A stretch of DNA of 64,000 nucleotides from a bacterium (GTDB lineage Bacteria > Bacteroidota > Bacteroidia > Bacteroidales > P3): contig JAAVBQ010000035.1 of NCBI GenBank assembly GCA_014803485.1, positions 7,428-71,427 of the forward strand, given 5' to 3'. Below, one piece after another: positions 28,574-36,373 of the stretch (position 1 is the stretch's first letter; each line of letters starts with the position of its first letter). Under the pieces are notes generated by a model. It had not been told where the DNA came from. It made no database searches and saw only the letters and a list, made by a program, of their open reading frames with translations. Made by a program: the position numbers and the translations under genes.

Positions 28574-30220
28574 ATGAAAGGCTTTATTTCCTGTTTGCGT
28601 TTTGCCGCCGTGGGCTTGGCGACGACCCTGGTCGCGGGCTTGGGACTGTGGGCTTTTACGGCCTGCCGTGGCCCGCATGGAGAGGCTTTGCCTCTTGGGG
28701 TTTCGGCCACCGAGGCGGTGTTTCCCTACGATACCGACAGCATTTGCATTCCCTCCAACATAGCGCCGCTCAACTTCTGCCTGCGCCCCGCCTCGAGCTG
28801 GAGCCAACCGCAGGTGCGGATGTGTTTCTTTAACCGCGAGGGGGCTTCGGTGGCTTCGTTTGGCGTGCCTATGGGCAAGAACGGGAGCCGCATTCCGCTC
28901 AAGAAGTGGCGCAAGGCTTTGCAGAAAGCCGCCGGGGGGCAGATTTTGGTGGAGGTTTCGGCTGTTAGGGAAGGGGTTTTGTATAGGTTAGAGCCTTTGC
29001 ATTGGTTTGTGAGCCAAGATGCCATAGACCCTTATCTGCTTTTCCGCGCCAGCCAATACGAGGAGGGGGAACATGGTTGGGTGTTTCTGCGCCAACGCCG
29101 GCTCACCGATTTCGAAACCCGCCAGGTGCTCGACAACCGCCTTATGGACAAGAACTGCATGAACTGCCACGATTGCTACGATCATAGGGCTTCGCACATG
29201 GTGGTGCATCTGCGCGAGGCGCATAAGGGTACCTTGCTGATAAACGGCAAGGAGGCACACAAGATACAGGTGCCGGCCAACTATCAGATACGGCTCACCT
29301 ACCCTGCCTGGCATCCTTCGGGGCGCTACGTGGCTTTCTCCACCAACCTGCCCCATTCGGTGCACTACGCCAACGCCACGCATAAAATCATCTATACGCT
29401 CGATACGCTCAGCGATATTGTTGTGTTGGACGTGGAGAACATGAGGCTGTTTTCTTGCCCCGAACTGACGCGCGAGGAGGACGAGGCGGTTTTCCCCACT
29501 TGGAGCCGCGATGGAAAACGTTTGTATTTCTGTGTGTCGCCGCACAAACGCTACGACAGCCTGCCCTATCCGCAATATGCCGACACAAGTTTGGGATTCC
29601 GTCAGAACCGTGTGGAACAGGTGTGGGCCGATTTGATGCAGATGGATTTTGACCCCGAGACGGAGCGTTTCTCGAACTTCGCCTGCACCTATCCTTTCTC
29701 GCAGATGCAGAAAAGCGCGTGTATGCCCAAGCTCTCGCCCGACGGCAAGTATATGGTGGTTTCTTTGCTCAAGGCCAGCACGTTTCCCTTGCAGAACTTG
29801 GGCGATTTCTACAGGTTGAACTTGCAGGACTCCACCGTGGAGGAGCTGCGCGAGCTCAATACGGAGGGTTCGGAAAAGGGGCATTCGTTTTCTTCGTCGG
29901 GAAAGTGGATGGTGTTTTCCAGCAGCCGGCGCACGTTGGCTATTCCTGAAACCTATATCACACATTACGATTCTGTTTCGGGGCATTTTTCGAAGCCTTT
30001 CTTGGTGCCGCAGAAGTGGGGCGATTTCTACCTCACCAATCTGCGGGGTTTTGTATTTCCCGTATTGAGCACCGAACCTGCGGCTTTGCAGGCGCGGGCT
30101 TTGGCGGGGGTGGCTCGGGAGGAGGCCATGGACTTGCAGATAGATACTTCGTTGGAGGGTTTCCGCATTACCGACGAGGAATTGGAGGCGGGCACCGTGC
30201 AATTTGTGGGAGGGCATTAG
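28574..30220 (+). CDS. Family T2: lipoprotein with N-terminal domain, CMNCH motif and TolB-like PD40 beta-propeller, 548 aa
   Basis: Lipobox LWAFTAC. Motifs: IPSNIAPLNF, DAIDPYLLFR, NCMNCH (29156-29170), YPAWHPSGRYVAFST, FPTWSRDGKRLYFC, LSPDGKYMVVS, FSSSGKWMVFSSSR, SKPFLVPQK. Ends ...FVGGH. Confidence 0.8.
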   Translation: MKGFISCLRFAAVGLATTLVAGLGLWAFTACRGPHGEALPLGVSATEAVFPYDTDSICIPSNIAPLNFCLRPASSWSQPQVRMCFFNREGASVASFGVPMGKNGSRIPLKKWRKALQKAAGGQILVEVSAVREGVLYRLEPLHWFVSQDAIDPYLLFRASQYEEGEHGWVFLRQRRLTDFETRQVLDNRLMDKNCMNCHDCYDHRASHMVVHLREAHKGTLLINGKEAHKIQVPANYQIRLTYPAWHPSGRYVAFSTNLPHSVHYANATHKIIYTLDTLSDIVVLDVENMRLFSCPELTREEDEAVFPTWSRDGKRLYFCVSPHKRYDSLPYPQYADTSLGFRQNRVEQVWADLMQMDFDPETERFSNFACTYPFSQMQKSACMPKLSPDGKYMVVSLLKASTFPLQNLGDFYRLNLQDSTVEELRELNTEGSEKGHSFSSSGKWMVFSSSRRTLAIPETYITHYDSVSGHFSKPFLVPQKWGDFYLTNLRGFVFPVLSTEPAALQARALAGVAREEAMDLQIDTSLEGFRITDEELEAGTVQFVGGH

Positions 30221-30221
30221 C

Positions 30222-31727
30222 ATGAAAAAGGGATTAGGTGTGGCCTTGGTGGTTGTTGCGGCGGGTTTCTGCCTGCTGTGGTATCTGCCCTACTTCCACA
30301 ATCAGTTTCAGATTGGTTTCTTTGCCTATACGCGCACGTTTGTGCGGGCTTTCTTTGAGGGGCCCTGGACGGGCAGGGCCGAGAGCGCGGGTTTGGTGGC
30401 GGCTACGGGCCTGCACCCCCGCATAGGCGAATTTCTGTGGCGTTTCGTGAGTCAATTCTATATCAATACGCCTTGCATCCTCTTGGCGGCGGGTTTGGTG
30501 ACGGCGGCTTTCTGCCGGCTTTCGTGGGCCGTGGTGCGCGAATACACGCTGCTTCTGCTGCCTGTATTCTTCTATTTTTTCACAAATCCCGAACCTGCTA
30601 TGGCGGGTTGGAGCATGTATTTGCTGTTGGGTATGGGTTTGCTGGCGCTTTGCGTGCGGATTTTTCGGTGGCGCTTCAGGCTTGGTGCGGATGGGGGTTG
30701 GGGCCGGTTGGCGGGGGCTTTGGCGGCCTTTGCCTGCGTGCCGGTCTTTGTGTTTTGCGCGCATCATAACACCTTGGAAATAAATCTTTTGCAGGTGCGA
30801 CAGGCGGCCTGTGCGGGCAACTACGAGCGTTGTTTTGAAATTAGCGACCGTGTTTGCCGCGAAAGAGCGGGCGTGCCTTTGGATGAGGAAACCGAAGCCG
30901 TGCAGGTGCAACGGATGGAGATGACGGCTTGGCTCAAGCTTTCGCTCTTGCAGACGGGGCGGCTCAACAATATGTTTTTGGAGTATGGGGATGTGCCGTT
31001 GATGGGCGGTATGTTCGGTTCGGACTTCCCCTATATGAACGAATGCGCCTATCCTTATGTGCTGTTGCAGGATTGCTTAGGGGTGTATGCGCCGCAGGTG
31101 CCTTTCATTCTTTCTTCTTTTGAGAAAAAAGGCTGGCAGAACCGTTTTGTGGAGCCTTTGCTGCGGGCCGAACTGCATACGGGGCAAGGACGTTTGCTCC
31201 AAAAGAGTCTGCGCTATGCCTCGCGCACGTTGGCACATCGGAAAGTGGCACTCGAAATGCCTTGTGCTGTGGAAGATGGTTCGCGGCCCGTGCCTTTGCA
31301 GTCGGCTTCGTTGGTGCGGGGCGGCAATCATTTAGACGGCTGGGTGAAGCTCTATGCCGAGGGATTTCCGGGCAAGCCTGCGGAAATGTCTGTGCCGCTT
31401 TGGGAATACTATACGCTTCTGTGTCTGCTCGAAAAGCGGCTCGACCGCGTGGAATTCCTGGCCGAACAGGCTTCGCAACTCGGCTGCAAGACGCTTCCCG
31501 CCTATATGCAGGAGGCGGTGTGCTTTATGCGCAACTATCCTTCTTCCCTCTCCCGCAAACAGATGCTCGAAACGCCCTACAAGGGCTATCATCTCAACCT
31601 CAACGTGTTGGAAGAGGTGGAAGACGTGTATAGGACGTGGGCGCTCTATCATATTGGGAAAATGGATTTTATGGAGGCTTCGCGTCTCTATCGCCATACT
31701 TTTACATTTCGGTTTTATTTTTTGTAA
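30222..31727 (+). CDS. Family M3: polytopic membrane protein, 501 aa
   Basis: ATG lies 1 nt after the T2 stop (MKKGLGVALVVVAAGFCLLWYL). Motifs: LPYFHNQFQIGFFAYTRTFVRAFFEG, GEFLWRFVSQFYINTP, LKLSLLQTGRLNN, LYAPQVPFI-type segment, C-terminus YRHTFTFRFYFL. Confidence 0.75.
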   Translation: MKKGLGVALVVVAAGFCLLWYLPYFHNQFQIGFFAYTRTFVRAFFEGPWTGRAESAGLVAATGLHPRIGEFLWRFVSQFYINTPCILLAAGLVTAAFCRLSWAVVREYTLLLLPVFFYFFTNPEPAMAGWSMYLLLGMGLLALCVRIFRWRFRLGADGGWGRLAGALAAFACVPVFVFCAHHNTLEINLLQVRQAACAGNYERCFEISDRVCRERAGVPLDEETEAVQVQRMEMTAWLKLSLLQTGRLNNMFLEYGDVPLMGGMFGSDFPYMNECAYPYVLLQDCLGVYAPQVPFILSSFEKKGWQNRFVEPLLRAELHTGQGRLLQKSLRYASRTLAHRKVALEMPCAVEDGSRPVPLQSASLVRGGNHLDGWVKLYAEGFPGKPAEMSVPLWEYYTLLCLLEKRLDRVEFLAEQASQLGCKTLPAYMQEAVCFMRNYPSSLSRKQMLETPYKGYHLNLNVLEEVEDVYRTWALYHIGKMDFMEASRLYRHTFTFRFYFL

Positions 31728-31729
31728 TC

Positions 31730-33331
31730 ATGAGGACTGTGAGTTTGCTTTTGGGAATGGTTGCGGCGGGTCTTTTCTGCGCCTGCGGACGGGTGGAGCC
31801 TCCCTCGGCCAATATCTATCCCGACTATGCCGACGGCATTGTGATTCCCTGCAATATCGCACCCCTCAATTTCCTTATGGCAGACGGGCGGACGCACCGT
31901 GTGCGCGTGGAGGCCTGCAACAGCCTTGGAAACCTGTTGGGTTCGCACACGTATAACCGATGCAAGAAGTTGATTTTTAAGGAGTCGGATTGGCGGGACA
32001 TGCTAGCTTCGGCAACGGGTGGTTTTCTGCGGATTGTGGTGGACGATACGGCCTCGCGCCTGTGGCGGATTTCATCGGACAGCATAGACCCTTATTTGGT
32101 GTATCGTCTTGGGCCTCACGACCAAAACACGGGCGGGCGGCTCCAAGTATACGAGCGCAATATCACGGATTTTTCGCATAGATGCCTGATGGATAATCTA
32201 CAGACCGAAAACAACTGCATGAATTGCCATAGTTTGGGGGCGGATGCGAAAATGGTGTTTCACGTGCGGGAGGCCTTTGCGGGCACGGTGATAACCGACG
32301 GCAAGGGAGCTTCGCTCAAAATCTCGGTGCCCGCCCGCTATGGTTTCCGTCTTTCCTACCCTGCCTGGAGCCCCAACGGGCGTTATATCGCCTTCGCCAC
32401 CACGCGCATTGCGCCCGTGCAGTTTGTGAATCCGCACCGCACCCAAGACCTCATGCCCGATGTGGCGGCCTGGATTGTGCTCTACGACACGCGGCAGAAC
32501 CGTTTGTTTTCCTGCCCCGCCCTCACCGACACGGCTTTCTGTTTTTCGTTTCCCACCTGGGCGCCCGATGGCAAGAGCCTCTATTTCTGCCGCACGCCCC
32601 ACATGGAGGTGTGGAATTTGCCGCAGGAGCGGGAAAAGGAGTGTTTGGCGGAGTTCCGCTACGATTTGTTCCGCATTGATTTTGATGCGGATAGCGAGAC
32701 TTTCGGAGAACCCGAAATGGTGTATTCGCCTCTCGGCGGCAATTTTGGCGGCGCGGCGGGCGACAGCGTCAACCGCAGCGCTTCCATTCCGAGCGCAAGC
32801 CCCGACGGAAAATTTCTGTTTGTATCGACGGTGATGATGGGGTCTTTTCCTTCTCAAAATCAAGGAGATTTGATTCTTCTGCAATGGGACAGCACAGAGG
32901 ACGGACGGGCATACTTGCGCGAAGTGCATACGCCGGGCTTCAACTCGCCCGACGCAGACCGGCGCGGGGTGTGGAGTGCCAGCGGCAAGTGGTTTGTGTT
33001 CACTTCCAAACGGGAATCGGGGGCGCAGTCGCTTCTGTATCTGGCGCATTTCGACGGCTCCGCTCCCGACGAGCAGAAGATTTCCAAGCCGTTTGTGTTG
33101 CCGCAGAAGCAGCCCGACCACTATATCTGGAACACACGGTCTTATACGTTTCCTGTGTTTAGCGGCAAGCCGCTTCCTTTTGATGGGAAAACGTATAAAG
33201 ATATTGTGGAACAGCCTCTTTCCGAACCCGATATGATGTTTTTCGACACTTCGGGCATGGTGTCGGGAAGCGTGGACGCCACCTCCGGCGCCTCGCAAGC
33301 AGTTTCCTCCGCCAACTTCGGCGGACACTAA
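31730..33331 (+). CDS. Family T3: lipoprotein with N-terminal domain, CMNCH motif and TolB-like PD40 beta-propeller, 533 aa
   Basis: Start MRTVSLLLGMVAAGLFCAC lies 2 nt after the M3 stop; the track's 31637 extension would overlap M3. Motifs: YPDYADGIVIPCNIAPLNF, DSIDPYLVYR, NCMNCH (32216-32230), YPAWSPNGRYIAFAT, FPTWAPDGKSLYFC, ASPDGKFLFVS, WSASGKWFVFTSKR, SKPFVLPQKQPDHY. Ends ...NFGGH. Confidence 0.8.
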   Translation: MRTVSLLLGMVAAGLFCACGRVEPPSANIYPDYADGIVIPCNIAPLNFLMADGRTHRVRVEACNSLGNLLGSHTYNRCKKLIFKESDWRDMLASATGGFLRIVVDDTASRLWRISSDSIDPYLVYRLGPHDQNTGGRLQVYERNITDFSHRCLMDNLQTENNCMNCHSLGADAKMVFHVREAFAGTVITDGKGASLKISVPARYGFRLSYPAWSPNGRYIAFATTRIAPVQFVNPHRTQDLMPDVAAWIVLYDTRQNRLFSCPALTDTAFCFSFPTWAPDGKSLYFCRTPHMEVWNLPQEREKECLAEFRYDLFRIDFDADSETFGEPEMVYSPLGGNFGGAAGDSVNRSASIPSASPDGKFLFVSTVMMGSFPSQNQGDLILLQWDSTEDGRAYLREVHTPGFNSPDADRRGVWSASGKWFVFTSKRESGAQSLLYLAHFDGSAPDEQKISKPFVLPQKQPDHYIWNTRSYTFPVFSGKPLPFDGKTYKDIVEQPLSEPDMMFFDTSGMVSGSVDATSGASQAVSSANFGGH

Positions 33332-33372
33332 CGGAGTGTGGTTCACCATATATTAATATAAATATTGAATTG

Positions 33373-34449
33373 ATGAAAACAAGGATTTGGGTGATTTTCT
33401 GTGTGGCGGCTCTGCTGACGGCTTGCAAGGAGTCTTCCGACAACATGGACAAGAAGTTGCAGAAAATGGAGCGGCTGTGCTTGGAGGAGCGCTATGAGGA
33501 GGCCGTGGCGTTTGCCGATGATTATTGGTTTTCTCACCCTTGCCCGATAAGCGATTTGGTGAACGGGCAGAACACGCTTTACGAGGGGCTTTCGGAGGAC
33601 GAAATCATTTTCCGTCTGCGTCTTGCGTCCTATACGAAAACGGCTCTCATCGGCTCGGGTAGCCTTGTTTCGCGCTTCTTCTCCTACTACCGCATTCCCG
33701 AAATCTACAATGGTATGGAAGACGGGGCGATAGGAGAATATTCGTTGGCGGGTATGCTCCGTCAGCGGGCGTTGGATAATCCGACGGCGGTTTATTGCAC
33801 GGGTATCAACATCATAGAGAAAGACGGAGTGCAGGGCGAGGTGGTTTCGCTCATGGTGCCGGCCATGATGGCGTGCGGGCAGTGGACTTTGGCGGAGCGG
33901 TATATCTATGTGTTGGCTGGGATAAAGGGCTGGAAAAAAGAGGCTTTGAAGTATAGTGAGGTGGTGGCGTTCTTACAGGCTTCTTCGGTTTCGGACGAGG
34001 TTTCGGACGACGTGCGGGCTTTGGCTGAAAAAATCACTGCCTATGGTCAAAAGGGCCTCACCGACTACATGAACGACACATGGAGCCTGGAGGAGAACTG
34101 CCGTGCAAGATGGCAACAAAATCCCTCCTCTTTTTCCGTCTTAAATTGTATTATTATATTTGACATGCTCCGCAAGAATCTGGAGCATGCGGCCTCTTTG
34201 CTGCCTGCCTACGGGCAGCTGCCGCGTCCTTTGCAGGAGATGATCTGCATCATGCAGCGGGAAATGTTCCCGATTGCCGATTCGGTTCAAGCATTTTTGA
34301 AGGATTTTCCTGTGGATGAAAGTGTGGAGCGGAATTTCCGCCGTTTCCTGCACGATTTTTCGCTTTGGCAGCAAGGTCAGAAGACCGCCGAAGAACTCAC
34401 CGCCGAATACGGCCACACCTACCCCTACCGCTACTACCTGATTTATTAA
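33373..34449 (+). CDS. Family Ms: lipoprotein resembling only the soluble C-terminal domain of family M (no TM block), 358 aa
   Basis: ATG at 33373 gives MKTRIWVIFCVAALLTAC (lipobox). The body is helical-repeat-like. The C-terminus YGHTYPYRYYLIY matches the aromatic tails of M1, M3 and M4. Confidence 0.6.
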   Translation: MKTRIWVIFCVAALLTACKESSDNMDKKLQKMERLCLEERYEEAVAFADDYWFSHPCPISDLVNGQNTLYEGLSEDEIIFRLRLASYTKTALIGSGSLVSRFFSYYRIPEIYNGMEDGAIGEYSLAGMLRQRALDNPTAVYCTGINIIEKDGVQGEVVSLMVPAMMACGQWTLAERYIYVLAGIKGWKKEALKYSEVVAFLQASSVSDEVSDDVRALAEKITAYGQKGLTDYMNDTWSLEENCRARWQQNPSSFSVLNCIIIFDMLRKNLEHAASLLPAYGQLPRPLQEMICIMQREMFPIADSVQAFLKDFPVDESVERNFRRFLHDFSLWQQGQKTAEELTAEYGHTYPYRYYLIY

Positions 34450-34462
34450 AATTGTGTACCAT

Positions 34463-34493
34463 TTTGGTACGCGTTTGTTTTTTCATATCTTTG
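34463..34493 (+). promoter_or_regulatory. Candidate Bacteroidota promoter (TTTG -33 at 34463-34466, TATCTTTG -7 at 34486-34493)
   Basis: 19-nt spacing between the two elements, 22 nt upstream of the ATG at 34516. The -33 element lies inside the palindrome gtaccattttggtac (34456-34470). Confidence 0.45.
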
Positions 34494-34515
34494 TATCGAA
34501 AAAATACATAAAGAT

Positions 34516-34794
34516 ATGCTTACAGTCAGTGCCCGCGAATTTCGGACGAACCAACGCCATTATCTTGACCAAGTGAAGCAAGGCTTGGAGTTGCTCATTA
34601 CGCGCAAGAAAGATGCCTTTAAGGTGTCGAGTGTGAAGAAGGACGACACTTTGATGACCAAGGAGGAATTCTTTGCCAAGATAGATCGTGCCAAGGAGCA
34701 GGCGCGGCAGAGGTTGGGATATGAGATGAAGCCGGGAGAGTCTTTCGAAGATTTTTTTCAACGCGTGAAAAAAGAAAGACATGTACAAGGTTGA
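34516..34794 (+). CDS. Phd/YefM-like type II antitoxin-family protein, 92 aa, with no recognisable toxin partner
   Basis: The N-terminus MLTVSAREFRTNQRHYLDQVKQGLELLITRKKDAFKV matches the usual Phd/YefM pattern (xxVSxxEFRxNxxxxLDxV...I.R). The C-terminal half is charged and helical. Confidence 0.55.
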   Translation: MLTVSAREFRTNQRHYLDQVKQGLELLITRKKDAFKVSSVKKDDTLMTKEEFFAKIDRAKEQARQRLGYEMKPGESFEDFFQRVKKERHVQG

Positions 34795-36373
34795 TTATAT
34801 TGGATTTTTACGTAATATACGGACTTGGGTGTGGACGGTGGCGTGTGCGGGGGTGTTGGTGACGGGATGCGGCAGGACTATCGGCGATGGTGTCGAAAGC
34901 GATTTTGCGGCACCGCTCTACCCGGACTATGGCGACAGCTTGGTGATTCCCTGCAATATCGCGCCGCTGAACTTTGCCCTACCCGATTCGTTCACAAAAA
35001 TTTGTGTGGAGATAGGTGTGGAGAACCCGCAGGGGACGGCGACAACAAAGCGTCTCCGTGCCGGAAAACGCGGTGTGGTCTTTCCTCCGAAATACTGGAC
35101 GGAACTGCTACGGGAAGCCCACACTTCACAAAACCCTATCTGTCTTGTTGTTAAAGCACGTGCTGCGAGTGGCCGAAACTACACTTTCCCTATGGTGCAT
35201 TGGCGCGTGGCCGACTCCATAGATTCCTACCTCACCTATCGTCTTGTGCAACCCACCGACGGCGTGTATAACGAGTTGGATTTGTGGGAGCGTTGCATGG
35301 AAGATTTTTCGACCCGTAAGTTGGTGTCCAACAGCCTGATGAACCACAACTGCTTCAACTGTCACACCTACCACAACGGCGATGCGGCCTCGATGAGCCT
35401 GCACTTCCGCAACCCCTCGAACGGCACGCTGCTGATGGTGAACGGCGATTTGAAGAAAATCCGCGTGCCCTCGCAGGAAGAACTTGCCGAGATGTTGCCG
35501 CCCGAAAAGCGGATGCCTCTCAATCTCGTCTATCCCGCATGGCACCCCGGGGGCGATTGGATAGTGTTTTCCACCCGCATCGAAGGGGTGGGCGGCTACG
35601 CGGCGCACAAGCGCTTCTTCAACCTCCTCGATACGGCTTCCAATCTCGTGTTGTATGATGTGATTCACAATCAATTGGTTTTCGATACGTTGGTGTGGAC
35701 GGAAGATTTTGAGGAAACATGGCCGGCCTGGAGCGCCGACGGGGAATGGCTGTATTTCTGCCGCACGGACAAGGTGAGCGCCGACACGGTGGCCCGCTAC
35801 GCCAACCCTACCGATAGGGTGCGGCATATCTATTTCGACTTGGTGCGGGTGCGTTTTTCGGCTGCCGAGGGGCGTTTTGTGCCGCCCGTGGAGGTGTTGG
35901 CGCATGGTGGGCCCGGTGGCAGTTATTCGGTGCCGCGTATGAATCCCAACGGAGATATTTTAGTGTATTGCAAGGCTTTGTTCAATTCGGTGCCCTATCA
36001 TGCCTACGGCGACTTGTTGGCTATGGATAGGGACGGGAACGCCATCGACTGCGCGGTGCTCAATTCGCCCGAATCGGAGAGTTGGCACGAATGGAGTTCG
36101 AACGGCAAATGGCTGGTTTTTGCGAGCAAGCGGGGCGACGGCCTCTATTCCCTGCCCTACTTTTCCTATTTCGACGGAAAATCGTTCCACAGGCCTTTCC
36201 TTTTGCCGCAACAAGACCCTCGCTTCTATCAAACTTTCCTCAAGGCCTTCAACCTCCCCACCTTGGTGCGCAACGCCTCTCCCCTCACCCCCCAACAGGC
36301 CGCCGCGTTACAGAAAGAGGGCTTGGAAAACGATTTCCCCACCCCCGCCAACCACCAACACTTAGCCCATTAG
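34781..36373 (+). CDS. Family T4: lipoprotein with N-terminal domain, CFNCH motif and TolB-like PD40 beta-propeller, 530 aa
   Basis: Lipobox GVLVTGC. Motifs: YPDYGDSLVIPCNIAPLNF, DSIDSYLTYR, NCFNCH (35351-35365), YPAWHPGGDWIVFST, WPAWSADGEWLYFC, MNPNGDILVY, WSSNGKWLVFASKR, HRPFLLPQQDPRFY. The start overlaps the antitoxin-like gene by 14 nt. Confidence 0.8.
   Translation: MYKVDYIGFLRNIRTWVWTVACAGVLVTGCGRTIGDGVESDFAAPLYPDYGDSLVIPCNIAPLNFALPDSFTKICVEIGVENPQGTATTKRLRAGKRGVVFPPKYWTELLREAHTSQNPICLVVKARAASGRNYTFPMVHWRVADSIDSYLTYRLVQPTDGVYNELDLWERCMEDFSTRKLVSNSLMNHNCFNCHTYHNGDAASMSLHFRNPSNGTLLMVNGDLKKIRVPSQEELAEMLPPEKRMPLNLVYPAWHPGGDWIVFSTRIEGVGGYAAHKRFFNLLDTASNLVLYDVIHNQLVFDTLVWTEDFEETWPAWSADGEWLYFCRTDKVSADTVARYANPTDRVRHIYFDLVRVRFSAAEGRFVPPVEVLAHGGPGGSYSVPRMNPNGDILVYCKALFNSVPYHAYGDLLAMDRDGNAIDCAVLNSPESESWHEWSSNGKWLVFASKRGDGLYSLPYFSYFDGKSFHRPFLLPQQDPRFYQTFLKAFNLPTLVRNASPLTPQQAAALQKEGLENDFPTPANHQHLAH

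Noticed and set aside
34781-36373. T4 as the toxin partner of the Phd/YefM-like ORF
   Set aside because: It is a 530-aa secreted lipoprotein belonging to the T family, with nothing in common with known type II toxins. The overlap probably reflects operon packing.
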